Positions 27,164-41,305 of a stretch of DNA of 64,000 nt are shown here, piece by piece. The stretch is from Eledone cirrhosa (taxonomy: Eukaryota). The stretch spans positions 296,360,001 through 296,424,000 of the forward strand of contig OZ024740.1 in assembly GCA_964016885.1 (NCBI GenBank), given 5' to 3'. The position numbers and the translations under genes were made by a program. The notes below the pieces were generated by a model. That model saw only the letters and a program-made list of their open reading frames with translations, did no database searches and was not told where the DNA came from. The stretch's first letter is position 1; each line of letters starts with the position of its first letter.

Positions 27164-28682
27164 CATTTTTTATTTGGGTGATCCATATTTTATTTAGGGG
27201 ATCCATTTTTTATTTGGGTGATCCATTTTTTATTTGGGTGATCCATTTTTTATTTGGGTGATCCATTTTTTATTTGGGTGATCCATTTTTTATTTTGGGG
27301 ATCTATTTATTATTTGGGTGATCCATTTTTTATTTGGGGGATCCATTTTTTTTTGGGTGATCCATTTTTTATTTGGGGATCCATTTTTTATTTGGGGGAT
27401 CCATTTTTTATTTGGGTGATCCATTTTTTATTTGGGGGATCCATTTTTTATTTGGGTGATCCATTTTTAATTTGGGGATCCATTTTTTATTTGGGTGATC
27501 CATTTTTTATTTGGGGGATCCATTTTTTGTTTGGGTTATCCATTTTTTATTTGGGGGATCCATTTTGTATTTGGGTGATCCATTTTTTATTTTGGGGATC
27601 CATTTTTTATTTGGGGGATCCATTTTTTATTTGGGTGATCCATTTTTTATTTGGGTGATCCATTTTTTTATTTGTGGATCCATTTTTTATTTGTGGGATC
27701 CATTTTTTATTTGGGGGTTCCATTTTTTATTTGGGGGATCCATTTTACATTTGGGTGATCCATTTAGTAATTGGGTGATCCATTTTTTATTTGGGGGATC
27801 CATTTTTTATTTGGGTGATCCATTTTTTATTTGGGTGATCCCTTTTTTATTTGGGTGATCCATTTTTTATTTGGGGAATCCATTTTTATTTGGGGGTTCC
27901 ATTTTTTATTTGGGGGATCCATTTTTTATTTGGGTGATCCATATTTTATTTAGGGGATCCATTTTTTATTTGGGTGATCCATTTTTTATTTGGGTGATCC
28001 ATTTTTTATTTGGGTGATCCATTTTTTATTTTGGGGATCCATTTTTTATTTGGGTGATCCATTTTTTATTTGGGTGATGAATTTTTTATTTGGGTGATCC
28101 ATTTTTTATTTGGGGGATCCATTTTTTATTTGGGTGATCCATTTTTTATTTTGGGGATCCATTTTTTATTTGGGTGATCCATTTTTTTATTTGGGGGATC
28201 CATTTTTTATTTGGGTGATCCATTTTTTATTTGGGGGATCCATTTTTTATTTGGGTGATCCATTTTTTATTTGGGGGATCCATTTTTTATTCGGGGGATC
28301 CATTTTTTATTTGGGTGATCCATTTTTTATTTGGGTGATCCATTTTTTATTTGGGGGATCCATTTTTTATTTCGGTGATCCATTTTTTATTTGGGTGATC
28401 CATTCTTTATGTGGGTGATCCATTTTTGATTTGAGGGATCCATTTTTTATTTGGGTGGTCCATTTTTTATTTGGGTGATCCATTTTTTATTTGGGTGATC
28501 CATTTTTTATTTGGGTGATCCATTTTTTATTTGGGTGATCCATTTTTTATTTGGGGGATCCATTTTTTATTTGTGTGATCCATTTTATATTTGGGGGATC
28601 CATTTTTTATTTGGGTATTCATTTTTTATTTGGGGGATCCATTTTTTATTTGGGGGTCCCATTTTTTATTTGGGGGATCCAT

Positions 28683-28758
28683 CAAACAAAAAATGGATCA
28701 CCCAAATAAAAAATGGATCACCCAAATAAAAAATGGACCCCCAAACAAAAAATGGATC
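28683..28758 (-). repeat. Inverted island, class D
   Basis: 4 reverse monomers. Confidence 0.95.
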
Positions 28759-29438
28759 CATTTTTTATTTGGGGGATCCATTTTTTATTTGGGAGATCCA
28801 TTTTTTATTTGGGTGATCCATTTTTTATTTGGGTGATCCATTTTTTATTTGGGTGATCCATTTTTTATTTGGGGGATCCATTTTTTATTTGGATGATCCA
28901 TTTTTTATTTGGGGGATCCATTTTTTATTTGGGCGATCCAATTTTTATTTGGGTGATCCATTTTTTATTTGGGTGATCCATTTTTTATTTGGGTGATCCA
29001 TTTTTTATTTGGGGGATCCATTTTTTATTTGTGTGATCCATTTTATATTTGGGGGATCCATTTTTTATTTGGGTATCCATTTCTTATTTGGGTGATCCAT
29101 TTTTTATTTTGGGGATCCATTTTTTATTTGGGGGATCCATTTTTTATTTGGGTGATCCATTTTTTATTTGGGTGATCCATTTTTTATTTGTGGATCCATT
29201 TTTTATTTGTGGGATCCATTTTTTATTTGGGGGTTCCATTTTTTATTTGGGGGATCCATTTTACATTTGGGTGATCCATTTAGTAATTGGGTGATCCATT
29301 TTTTATTTGGGGGATCCATTTTTTATTTGGGTGATCCATTTTTTATTTGGGTGATCCCTTTTTTATTTGGGTGATCCATTTTTTATTTGGGGGATCCATT
29401 TTTATTTGGGGGTTCCATTTTTTATTTGGGGGATCCAT

Positions 29439-29515
29439 CAAATAAAAAATGGATCACCCAAATAAAAAAGGGATCACCCAAATAAAAAATGGATCCCCCA
29501 AATAAAAAATGGATC
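29439..29515 (-). repeat. Inverted island, class E
   Basis: 4 reverse monomers. Confidence 0.95.
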
Positions 29516-30537
29516 CATTTTTTATTTGGGTGATCCATTTTTTATTTGGGGAATCCATTTTTTATTTGGGTGATGCAGTTTTTGTTTGGGTGATCCATTT
29601 TTTATTTGGGGGATCCATTTTTTATTTGGGTGATCCATATTTTATTTAGGGGATCCATTTTTTATTTGGGTGATCCATTTTTTATTTGGGTGATCCATTT
29701 TTTATTTGGGTGATCCATTTTTTATTTTGGGGATCCATTTTTTATTTGGGTGATCCATTTTTTATTTGGGTGATGCATTTTTTATTTGGGTGATCCATTT
29801 TTTATTTGGGGGATCCATTTTTTATTTGGGTGATCCATTTTTTATTTTGGGGATCCATTTTTTATTTGGGTGATCCATTTTTTATTTGGGGGATCCATTT
29901 TTTATTTGGGTGATCCATTTTTTATTTGGGGGATCCATTTTTTATTTGGGTGATCCATTTTTTATTTGGGGGATCCATTTTTTATTCGGGGGATCCATTT
30001 TTTATTTGGGTGATCCATTTTTTATTTGGGTGATCCATTTTTTATTTGGGGGATCCATTTTTTATTTCGGTGATCCATTTTTTATTTGGGTGATCCATTT
30101 TTTATTTGGGGGATCCATTTTTATTTGGGGGACCCTATTTTTATTTGGGGGATCCATTTTACATTTGGGGTATCCATTTTTTATTTGGGTGATCCATTTT
30201 TTATTTGGGGGATCCATTTTTTATTTGGGTGATCCATTTTTTATTTGGGTGATCCATTTTTTATTTGGGTGATCCATTTTTTATTTGTTGGATCCATTTT
30301 TTATTTGGTGGATCGACTTTTTATTTGGGGGTTCCATTTTTTATTTGGGGGATCCATTTTACATTTGGGTGATCCATTTTTTATTTGGGTGATCCATTTT
30401 TTATTTGGGGGATCCATTTTTTATTTGGGTGATCCATTTTTTATTTGGGGGATCCATTTTTTATTTGGGTGATCCATTTTCTATTTGGGGGATCGATTTT
30501 TTATTTGGGGGTTCCATTTTTTATTTGGGGGATCCAT

Positions 30538-30614
30538 CAAATAAAAAATGGATCACCCAAATAAAAAATGGATCACCCAAATAAAAAATGGATCCCCCAA
30601 ATAGAAAATGGATC
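30538..30614 (-). repeat. Inverted island, class B
   Basis: 4 reverse monomers. Confidence 0.95.
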
Positions 30615-32133
30615 CATTTTTTATTTGGGTGATCCATATTTTATTTAGGGGATCCATTTTTTATTTGGGTGATCCATTTTTTATTTGGGTGATCCATTTT
30701 TTATTTGGGTGATCCATTTTTTATTTGGGTGATCCATTTTTTATTTTGGGGATCTATTTATTATTTGGGTGATCCATTTTTTATTTGGGGGATCCATTTT
30801 TTTTTGGGTGATCCATTTTTTATTTGGGGATCCATTTTTTATTTGGGGGATCCATTTTTTATTTGGGTGATCCATTTTTTATTTGGGGGATCCATTTTTT
30901 ATTTGGGTGATCCATTTTTAATTTGGGGATCCATTTTTTATTTGGGTGATCCATTTTTTATTTGGGGGATCCATTTTTTGTTTGGGTTATCCATTTTTTA
31001 TTTGGGGGATCCATTTTGTATTTGGGTGATCCATTTTTTATTTTGGGGATCCATTTTTTATTTGGGGGATCCATTTTTTATTTGGGTGATCCATTTTTTA
31101 TTTGGGTGATCCATTTTTTTATTTGTGGATCCATTTTTTATTTGTGGGATCCATTTTTTATTTGGGGGTTCCATTTTTTATTTGGGGGATCCATTTTACA
31201 TTTGGGTGATCCATTTAGTAATTGGGTGATCCATTTTTTATTTGGGGGATCCATTTTTTATTTGGGTGATCCATTTTTTATTTGGGTGATCCCTTTTTTA
31301 TTTGGGTGATCCATTTTTTATTTGGGGAATCCATTTTTATTTGGGGGTTCCATTTTTTATTTGGGGGATCCATTTTTTATTTGGGTGATCCATATTTTAT
31401 TTAGGGGATCCATTTTTTATTTGGGTGATCCATTTTTTATTTGGGTGATCCATTTTTTATTTGGGTGATCCATTTTTTATTTTGGGGATCCATTTTTTAT
31501 TTGGGTGATCCATTTTTTATTTGGGTGATGAATTTTTTATTTGGGTGATCCATTTTTTATTTGGGGGATCCATTTTTTATTTGGGTGATCCATTTTTTAT
31601 TTTGGGGATCCATTTTTTATTTGGGTGATCCATTTTTTTATTTGGGGGATCCATTTTTTATTTGGGTGATCCATTTTTTATTTGGGGGATCCATTTTTTA
31701 TTTGGGTGATCCATTTTTTATTTGGGGGATCCATTTTTTATTCGGGGGATCCATTTTTTATTTGGGTGATCCATTTTTTATTTGGGTGATCCATTTTTTA
31801 TTTGGGGGATCCATTTTTTATTTCGGTGATCCATTTTTTATTTGGGTGATCCATTCTTTATGTGGGTGATCCATTTTTGATTTGAGGGATCCATTTTTTA
31901 TTTGGGTGGTCCATTTTTTATTTGGGTGATCCATTTTTTATTTGGGTGATCCATTTTTTATTTGGGTGATCCATTTTTTATTTGGGTGATCCATTTTTTA
32001 TTTGGGGGATCCATTTTTTATTTGTGTGATCCATTTTATATTTGGGGGATCCATTTTTTATTTGGGTATTCATTTTTTATTTGGGGGATCCATTTTTTAT
32101 TTGGGGGTCCCATTTTTTATTTGGGGGATCCAT

Positions 32134-32209
32134 CAAACAAAAAATGGATCACCCAAATAAAAAATGGATCACCCAAATAAAAAATGGACCCCCAAACAAA
32201 AAATGGATC
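32134..32209 (-). repeat. Inverted island, class D
   Basis: 4 reverse monomers. Confidence 0.95.
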
Positions 32210-32889
32210 CATTTTTTATTTGGGGGATCCATTTTTTATTTGGGAGATCCATTTTTTATTTGGGTGATCCATTTTTTATTTGGGTGATCCATTTTTTATT
32301 TGGGTGATCCATTTTTTATTTGGGGGATCCATTTTTTATTTGGATGATCCATTTTTTATTTGGGGGATCCATTTTTTATTTGGGCGATCCAATTTTTATT
32401 TGGGTGATCCATTTTTTATTTGGGTGATCCATTTTTTATTTGGGTGATCCATTTTTTATTTGGGGGATCCATTTTTTATTTGTGTGATCCATTTTATATT
32501 TGGGGGATCCATTTTTTATTTGGGTATCCATTTCTTATTTGGGTGATCCATTTTTTATTTTGGGGATCCATTTTTTATTTGGGGGATCCATTTTTTATTT
32601 GTGTGATCCATTTTTTATTTGGGTGATCCATTTTTTATTTGTGGATCCATTTTTTATTTGTGGGATCCATTTTTTATTTGGGGGTTCCATTTTTTATTTG
32701 GGGGATCCATTTTACATTTGGGTGATCCATTTAGTAATTGGGTGATCCATTTTTTATTTGGGGGATCCATTTTTTATTTGGGTGATCCATTTTTTATTTG
32801 GGTGATCCCTTTTTTATTTGGGTGATCCATTTTTTATTTGGGGGATCCATTTTTATTTGGGGGTTCCATTTTTTATTTGGGGGATCCAT

Positions 32890-32966
32890 CAAATAAAAAA
32901 TGGATCACCCAAATAAAAAAGGGATCACCCAAATAAAAAATGGATCCCCCAAATAAAAAATGGATC
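32890..32966 (-). repeat. Inverted island, class E
   Basis: 4 reverse monomers. Confidence 0.95.
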
Positions 32967-33828
32967 CATTTTTTATTTGGGTGATCCATTTTTTATTTGG
33001 GGAATCCATTTTTTATTTGGGTGATGCAGTTTTTGTTTGGGTGATCCATTTTTTATTTGGGGGATCCATTTTTTATTTGGGTGATCCATATTTTATTTAG
33101 GGGATCCATTTTTTATTTGGGTGATCCATTTTTTATTTGGGTGATCCATTTTTTATTTGGGTGATCCATTTTTTATTTTGGGGATCCATTTTTTATTTGG
33201 GTGATCCATTTTTTATTTGGGTGATGCATTTTTTATTTGGGTGATCCATTTTTTATTTGGGGGATCCATTTTTTATTTGGGTGATCCATTTTTTATTTTG
33301 GGGATCCATTTTTTATTTGGGTGATCCATTTTTTATTTGGGGGATCCATTTTTTATTTGGGTGATCCATTTTTTATTTGGGGGATCCATTTTTTATTTGG
33401 GTGATCCATTTTTTATTTGGGGGATCCATTTTTTATTCGGGGGATCCATTTTTTATTTGGGTGATCCATTTTTTATTTGGGTGATCCATTTTTTATTTGG
33501 GGGATCCATTTTTTATTTCGGTGATCCATTTTTTATTTGGGTGATCCATTTTTTATGTGGGTGATCCATTTTTGATTTGAGGGATCCATTTTTTATTTGG
33601 GTGGTCCATTTTTTATTTGGGTGATCCATTTTTTATTTGGGTGATCCATTTTTTATTTGGGTGATCCATTTTTTATTTGGGTGATCCATTTTTTATTTGG
33701 GGGATCCATTTTTTATTTGTGTGATCCATTTTATATTTGGGGGATCCATTTTTTATTTGGGTATTCATTTTTTATTTGGGGGATCCATTTTTTATTTGGG
33801 GGTCCCATTTTTTATTTGGGGGATCCAT

Positions 33829-33905
33829 CAAATAAAAAATGGATCACCCAAATAAAAAATGGATCACCCAAATAAAAAATGGACCCCCCAAACAAAAAAT
33901 GGATC
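33829..33905 (-). repeat. Inverted island, class D'
   Basis: 4 reverse monomers. Confidence 0.95.
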
Positions 33906-34585
33906 CATTTTTTATTTGGGGGATCCATTTTATATTTGGGGGATCCATTTTTTATTTGGGTGATCCATTTTTTATTTGGGTGATCCATTTTTTATTTGGG
34001 TGATCCATTTTTTATTTGGGGGATCCATTTTTTATTTGGATGATCCATTTTTTATTTGGGGGATCCATTTTTTATTTGGGCGATCCAATTTTTATTTGGG
34101 TGATCCATTTTTTATTTGGGTGATCCATTTTTTATTTGGGTGATCCATTTTTTATTTGGGGGATCCATTTTTTATTTGTGTGATCCATTTTATATTTGGG
34201 GGATCCATTTTTTATTTGGGTATCCATTTCTTATTTGGGTGATCCATTTTTTATTTTGGGGATCCATTTTTTATTTGGGGGATCCATTTTTTATTTGGGT
34301 GATCCATTTTTTATTTGGGTGATCCATTTTTTATTTGTGGATCCATTTTTTATTTGTGGGATCCATTTTTTATTTGGGGGTTCCATTTTTTATTTGGGGG
34401 ATCCATTTTACATTTGGGTGATCCATTTAGTAATTGGGTGATCCATTTTTTATTTGGGGGATCCATTTTTTATTTGGGTGATCCATTTTTTATTTGGGTG
34501 ATCCCTTTTTTATTTGGGTGATCCATTTTTTATTTGGGGGATCCATTTTTATTTGGGGGTTCCATTTTTTATTTGGGGGATCCGT

Positions 34586-34662
34586 CAAATAAAAAATGGA
34601 TCACCCAAATAAAAAAGGGATCACCCAAATAAAAAATGGATCCCCCAAATAAAAAATGGATC
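34586..34662 (-). repeat. Inverted island, class E'
   Basis: 4 reverse monomers. Confidence 0.95.
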
Positions 34663-35045
34663 CATTTTTTATTTGGGTGATCCATTTTTTATTTGGGGAA
34701 TCCATTTTTTATTTGGGTGATGCAGTTTTTGTTTGGGTGATCCATTTTTTATTTGGGGGATCCATTTTTTATTTGGGTGATCCATATTTTATTTAGGGGA
34801 TCCATTTTTTATTTGGGTGATCCATTTTTTATTTGGGTGATCCATTTTTTATTTGGGTGATCTATTTTTTATTTTGGGGATCTATTTTTTATTTGGCTGA
34901 TCCATTTTTTATTTGGGGGATCCATTTTTTATTTGGGTGATCCATTTTTTATTTGGGGGATCCATTTTTTATTTGGGTGATCCATTTTTTATTTGGGGGA
35001 TCCATTTTTTATTTGGGTGTTCCATTTTTTATTTGGGGGTTCCAT

Positions 35046-35122
35046 CAAATAAAAAATGGATCACCCAAATAAAAAATGGATCACTCAAATAAAAAATGGA
35101 TCCCCCAAATAAAAAATGGATC
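35046..35122 (-). repeat. Inverted island, singleton class F (GATCACTCAAAT; junction GTTCCATCAAA)
   Basis: 4 reverse monomers. Confidence 0.95.
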
Positions 35123-35384
35123 CATTTTTATTTGGGGGATCCATTTTTTATTTGGGGGATCCATTTTACATTTGGGGGATCCATTTTTTATTTTGGAGAT
35201 CCATTTTTTATTTGGGGGATCCATTTTTTATTTGGGTGATCCATTTTTTATTTGGGTGATCCATTTTTTATTTGTTGGATCCATTTTTTATTTGGGGGAT
35301 CCATTTTTTATTTGAGTGATCCATTTTTTATTTGGGGGATCCATTTTTTATTTGGGGGTTCCATTTTTTATTTGGGGGATCCAT

Positions 35385-35441
35385 CAAATAAAAAATGGAT
35401 CACCCAAATAAAAAATGTATCCCCCAAATAAAAAATGGATC
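35385..35441 (-). repeat. Inverted island, singleton class G (3 monomers, ATGTATC)
   Basis: 3 reverse monomers. Confidence 0.95.
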
Positions 35442-37938
35442 CATTTTTTATTTGGGTGATCCATTTTTTATTTGGGTGATCCATTTTTTATTTGGGGGAT
35501 CCATTTTTTATTTGTGTGATCCATTTTATATTTGGGGGATCCATTTTTTATTTGGGTATCCATTTCTTATTTGGGTGATCCATTTTTTATTTTGGGGATC
35601 CATTTTTTATTTGGGGGATCCATTTTTTATTTGGGTGATCCATTTTTTATTTGGGTGATCCATTTTTTATTTGTGGATCCATTTTTTATTTGTGGGATCC
35701 ATTTTTTATTTGGGGGTTCCATTTTTTATTTGGGGGATCCATTTTACATTTGGGTGATCCATTTAGTAATTGGGTGATCCATTTTTTATTTGGGGGTTCC
35801 ATTTTTTATTTGGGGGATCCATTTTACATTTGGGTGATCCATTTTTTATTTGGGGGATCCATTTTTTATTTGGGTGATCCATTTTTTATTTGGGTGATCC
35901 AGTTTTTGTTTGGGTGATCCATTTTTTATTTGGGGGATCCATTTTTTATTTGGGTGATCCATTTTTTATTTGTTGGATCCATTTTTTATTTGGGGGATCC
36001 ATTTTTTATTTGGGGGTTCCATTTTTTATTTGGGGGATCCATTTTACATTTGGGTGATCCATTTTTTATTTGGGTGACCCATTTTTTATTCGGGGGATCC
36101 ATTTTTTATTTGGGGGATCCATTTTTTATTTGGGGGTTCCATTTTTTATTTGGGTGATCCATTTTTTATTTGGGGGATCCATTTTTTATTTAGGTGATCC
36201 ATTTTTTGGTTGGGTGATCCATTTTTTATTTGTGTGATCCATTTTTTATTTGGGGGATCCATTTTTTATTTGGGGGTTCCATTTTTTATTTGGGTGATCC
36301 ATTTTTTATTTGGGGGATCCATTTTTTATTTAGGTGATCCATTTTTTAGTTGGGTGATCCATTTTTTATTTGTGTGATCCACTTTTTATTTGGCGGATCC
36401 ATTTTTTATTTGGGGGATCCATTTTTTATTTGGGTGATCCATTTTTTATTTGGGGTATCCATTTTTTATTAGGGTGATACATTTTTTATTTGGGGGATCC
36501 ATTTTTTATTTGGGTGATCCATTTTTTATTTGGGTGATCCATATTTTATTTGCGTGATCCATTTTTTATTTGGGTGATCCATTTTTTATTTGGGTGATCC
36601 TTTTTTTATTTGGGGGATCCATTTTTTATTTGGGTGATCCATTTTTTATTTGGGTGATCCATTTTTTATTTGGGGGATCCATTTTTTATTTGGGTGATCC
36701 ATTTTTTATTTGGGGGATCCAGTTTTTGTTTGGGTGATCCATTTTTTATTTGGGGGATCCATTTTTTATTTGGGTGATCCATATTTTATTTAGGGGATCC
36801 ATTTTTTATTTGGGTGATCCATTTTTTATTTGGGTGAACCATTTTTTATTTGGGTGATCCATTTTTTATTTTGGGGATCTATTTTTTATTTGGGTGATCC
36901 ATTTTTTATTTGGGGGATCCATTTTTTTTTTTGGTGATCCATTTTTTATTTGGGGATCCATTTTTTATTTGGGGGATCCATTTTTTATTTGGGTGATCCA
37001 TTTTTTATTTGGGGGATCCATTTTTTATTTGGGTGATCCATTTTTAATTTGGGGATCCATTTTTTATTTGGGTGATCCATTTTTTATTTGGGGGATCCAT
37101 TTTTTATATGGGTGATCCATTTTTTATTTGGGGGATCCATTTTGTATTTGGGTGATCCATTTTTTATTTGGGGGATCCATTTTTTATTTGGGGGATCCAT
37201 TTTTTATTTGGGTTATACATTTTTTATTTGGGGGATCCATTTTTTATTTGGGTGATCCATTTTTTATTTGGGTGATCCATATTTTATTTGGGTGATCCAT
37301 TTTTTATTTGGGGGATCCATTTTTATTTGGGTGATCTATTTTTGATTTGGGTGATCCATTTTTTATTTGGGGGATCCATTTTTTATTTGGGTGATCCATT
37401 TTTTATTTGGGGGATCCATTTTTTATTTGGGAGATCCATTTTTGATTTGGGTGATCCATTTTTTATTTGGGTGATCCATTTTTTATTTGTTGGATCCATT
37501 TTTTATTTGGGGGATCCATTTTTATTTGGGGGACCCTATTTTTATTTGGGGGATCCATTTTACATTTGGGGTATCCATTTTTTATTTGGGTGATCCATTT
37601 TTTATTTGGGGGATCCATTTTTTATTTGGGTGATCCATTTTTTATTTGGGTGATCCATTTTTTATTTGGGTGATCCATTTTTTATTTGTTGGATCCATTT
37701 TTTATTTGGTGGATCGACTTTTTATTTGGGGGTTCCATTTTTTATTTGGGGGATCCATTTTACATTTGGGTGATCCATTTTTTATTTGGGTGATCCATTT
37801 TTTATTTGGGGGATCCATTTTTTATTTGGGTGATCCATTTTTTATTTGGGGGATCCATTTTTTATTTGGGTGATCCATTTTCTATTTGGGGGATCGATTT
37901 TTTATTTGGGGGTTCCATTTTTTATTTGGGGGATCCAT

Positions 37939-38015
37939 CAAATAAAAAATGGATCACCCAAATAAAAAATGGATCACCCAAATAAAAAATGGATCCCCCA
38001 AATAGAAAATGGATC
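37939..38015 (-). repeat. Inverted island, class B
   Basis: 4 reverse monomers. Confidence 0.95.
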
Positions 38016-38794
38016 CATTTTTTATTTGGGTGATCCATATTTTATTTAGGGGATCCATTTTTTATTTGGGTGATCCATTTTTTATTTGGGTGATCCATTT
38101 TTTATTTGGGTGATCCATTTTTTATTTGGGTGATCCATTTTTTATTTGGGTGATCCATTTTTTATTTTGGGGATCTATTTATTATTTGGGTGATCCATTT
38201 TTTATTTGGGGGATCCATTTTTTTTTGGGTGATCCATTTTTTATTTGGGGATCCATTTTTTATTTGGGGGATCCATTTTTTATTTGGGTGATCCATTTTT
38301 TATTTGGGGGATCCATTTTTTATTTGGGTGATCCATTTTTAATTTGGGGATCCATTTTTTATTTGGGTGATCCATTTTTTATTTGGGGGATCCATTTTTT
38401 GTTTGGGTTATCCATCTTTTATTTGGGGGATCCATTTTGTATTTGGGTGATCCATTTTTTATTTTGGGGATCCATTTTTTATTTGGGGGATCCATTTTTT
38501 ATTTGGGTGATCCATTTTTTATTTGGGTGATCCATTTTTTTATTTGTGGATCCATTTTTTATTTGTGGGATCCATTTTTTATTTGGGGGTTCCATTTTTT
38601 ATTTGGGGGATCCATTTTACATTTGGGTGATCCATTTAGTAATTGGGTGATCCATTTTTTATTTGGGGGATCCATTTTTTATTTGGGTGATCCATTTTTT
38701 ATTTGGGTGATCCCTTTTTTATTTGGGTGATCCATTTTTTATTTGGGGGATCCATTTTTATTTGGGGGTTCCATTTTTTATTTGGGGGATCCAT

Positions 38795-38831
38795 CAAATA
38801 AAAAATGGATCACCCAAATAAAAAATGGATC
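38795..38831 (-). repeat. Inverted island, class H (2 monomers, ACCC); left arm of a 70-bp perfect palindrome 38795-38864
   Basis: CAAATAAAAAATGGATCACCCAAATAAAAAATGGA|TCCATTTTTTATTTGGGTGATCCATTTTTTATTTG. Confidence 0.95.
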
Positions 38832-39693
38832 CATTTTTTATTTGGGTGATCCATTTTTTATTTGGGGAATCCATTTTTTATTTGGGTGATGCAGTTTTTG
38901 TTTGGGTGATCCATTTTTTATTTGGGGGATCCATTTTTATTTGGGTGATCCATATTTTATTTAGGGGATCCATTTTTTATTTGGGTGATCCATTTTTTAT
39001 TTGGGTGATCCATTTTTTATTTGGGTGATCCATTTTTTATTTTGGGGATCCATTTTTTATTTGGGTGATCCATTTTTTATTTGGGTGATGCATTTTTTAT
39101 TTGGGTGATCCATTTTTTATTTGGGGGATCCATTTTTTATTTGGGTGATCCATTTTTTATTTTGGGGATCCATTTTTTATTTGGGTGATCCATTTTTTTA
39201 TTTGGGGGATCCATTTTTTATTTGGGTGATCCATTTTTTATTTGGGGGATCCATTTTTTATTTGGGTGATCCATTTTTTATTTGGGGGATCCATTTTTTA
39301 TTCGGGGGATCCATTTTTTATTTGGGTGATCCATTTTTTATTTGGGTGATCCATTTTTTATTTGGGGGATCCATTTTTTATTTCGGTGATCCATTTTTTA
39401 TTTGGGTGATCCATTCTTTATGTGGGTGATCCATTTTTGATTTGAGGGATCCATTTTTTATTTGGGTGGTCCATTTTTTATTTGGGTGATCCATTTTTTA
39501 TTTGGGTGATCCATTTTTTATTTGGGTGATCCATTTTTTATTTGGGTGATCCATTTTTTATTTGGGGGATCCATTTTTTATTTGTGTGATCCATTTTATA
39601 TTTGGGGGATCCATTTTTTATTTGGGTATTCATTTTTTATTTGGGGGATCCATTTTTTATTTGGGGGTCCCATTTTTTATTTGGGGGATCCAT

Positions 39694-39769
39694 CAAACAA
39701 AAAATGGATCACCCAAATAAAAAATGGATCACCCAAATAAAAAATGGACCCCCAAACAAAAAATGGATC
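39694..39769 (-). repeat. Inverted island, class D
   Basis: 4 reverse monomers. Confidence 0.95.
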
Positions 39770-40349
39770 CATTTTTTATTTGGGGGATCCATTTTTTATT
39801 TGGATGATCCATTTTTCATTTGGGGGATCCATTTTTTATTTGGGCGATCCAATTTTTATTTGGGTGATCCATTTTTTATTTGGGTGATCCATTTTTTATT
39901 TGGGTGATCCATTTTTTATTTGGGGGATCCATTTTTTATTTGTGTGATCCATTTTATATTTGGGGGATCCATTTTTTATTTGGGTATCCATTTCTTATTT
40001 GGGTGATCCATTTTTTATTTTGGGGATCCATTTTTTATTTGGGGGATCCATTTTTTATTTGGGTGATCCATTTTTTATTTGGGTGATCCATTTTTTATTT
40101 GTGGATCCATTTTTTATTTGTGGGATCCATTTTTTATTTGGGGGTTCCATTTTTTATTTGGGGGATCCATTTTACATTTGGGTGATCCATTTAGTAATTG
40201 GGTGATCCATTTTTAATTTGGGGGATCCATTTTTTATTTGGGTGATCCATTTTTTATTTGGGTGATCCCTTTTTTATTTGGGTGATCCATTTTTTATTTG
40301 GGGGATCCATTTTTATTTGGGGGTTCCATTTTTTATTTGGGGGATCCAT

Positions 40350-40426
40350 CAAATAAAAAATGGATCACCCAAATAAAAAAGGGATCACCCAAATAAAAAA
40401 TGGATCCCCCAAATAAAAAATGGATC
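40350..40426 (-). repeat. Inverted island, class E
   Basis: 4 reverse monomers. Confidence 0.95.
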
Positions 40427-41228
40427 CATTTTTTATTTGGGTGATCCATTTTTTATTTGGGGAATCCATTTTTTATTTGGGTGATGCAGTTTTTGTTTGG
40501 GTGATCCATTTTTTATTTGGGGGATCCATTTTTTATTTGGGTGATCCATATTTTATTTAGGGGATCCATTTTTTATTTGGGTGATCCATTTTTTATTTGG
40601 GTGATCCATTTTTTATTTGGGTGATCCATTTTTTATTTTGGGGATCCATTTTTTATTTGGGTGATCCATTTTTTATTTGGGTGATGCATTTTTTATTTGG
40701 GTGATCCATTTTTTATTTGGGGGATCCATTTTTTATTTGGGTGATCCATTTTTTATTTTGGGGATCCATTTTTTATTTGGGTGATCCATTTTTTATTTGG
40801 GGGATCCATTTTTTATTTGGGTGATCCATTTTTTATTTGGGGGATCCATTTTTTATTTGGGTGATCCATTTTTTATTTGGGGGATCCATTTTTTATTCGG
40901 GGGATCCATTTTTTATTTGGGTGATCCATTTTTTATTTGGGTGATCCATTTTTTATTTGGGGGATCCATTTTTTATTTCGGTGATCCATTTTTTATTTGG
41001 GTGATCCATTTTTTATGTGGGTGATCCATTTTTGATTTGAGGGATCCATTTTTTATTTGGGTGGTCCATTTTTTATTTGGGTGATCCATTTTTTATTTGG
41101 GTGATCCATTTTTTATTTGGGTGATCCATTTTTTATTTGGGTGATCCCTTTTTTATTTGGGTGATCCATTTTTTATTTGGGGGATCCATTTTTATTTGGG
41201 GGTTCCATTTTTTATTTGGGGGATCCGT

Positions 41229-41305
41229 CAAATAAAAAATGGATCACCCAAATAAAAAAGGGATCACCCAAATAAAAAATGGATCCCCCAAATAAAAAAT
41301 GGATC
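41229..41305 (-). repeat. Inverted island, class E'
   Basis: 4 reverse monomers. Confidence 0.95.

Larger units (their letters stand above)
30110..34680 (+). repeat. Segmental copy of about 22450-27020 (offset 7659 bp)
   Basis: ORF pairs 22586/30245, 23046/30705, 24761/32420, 25998/33657, 26656/34315 all offset 7659; island order B-D-E-D'-E' repeated. Boundaries approximate. Confidence 0.9.

Noticed and set aside
38795-38864. Rho-independent terminators (hairpin plus T run)
   Set aside because: There is no upstream gene, and the hairpin and T-run are intrinsic to the satellite.
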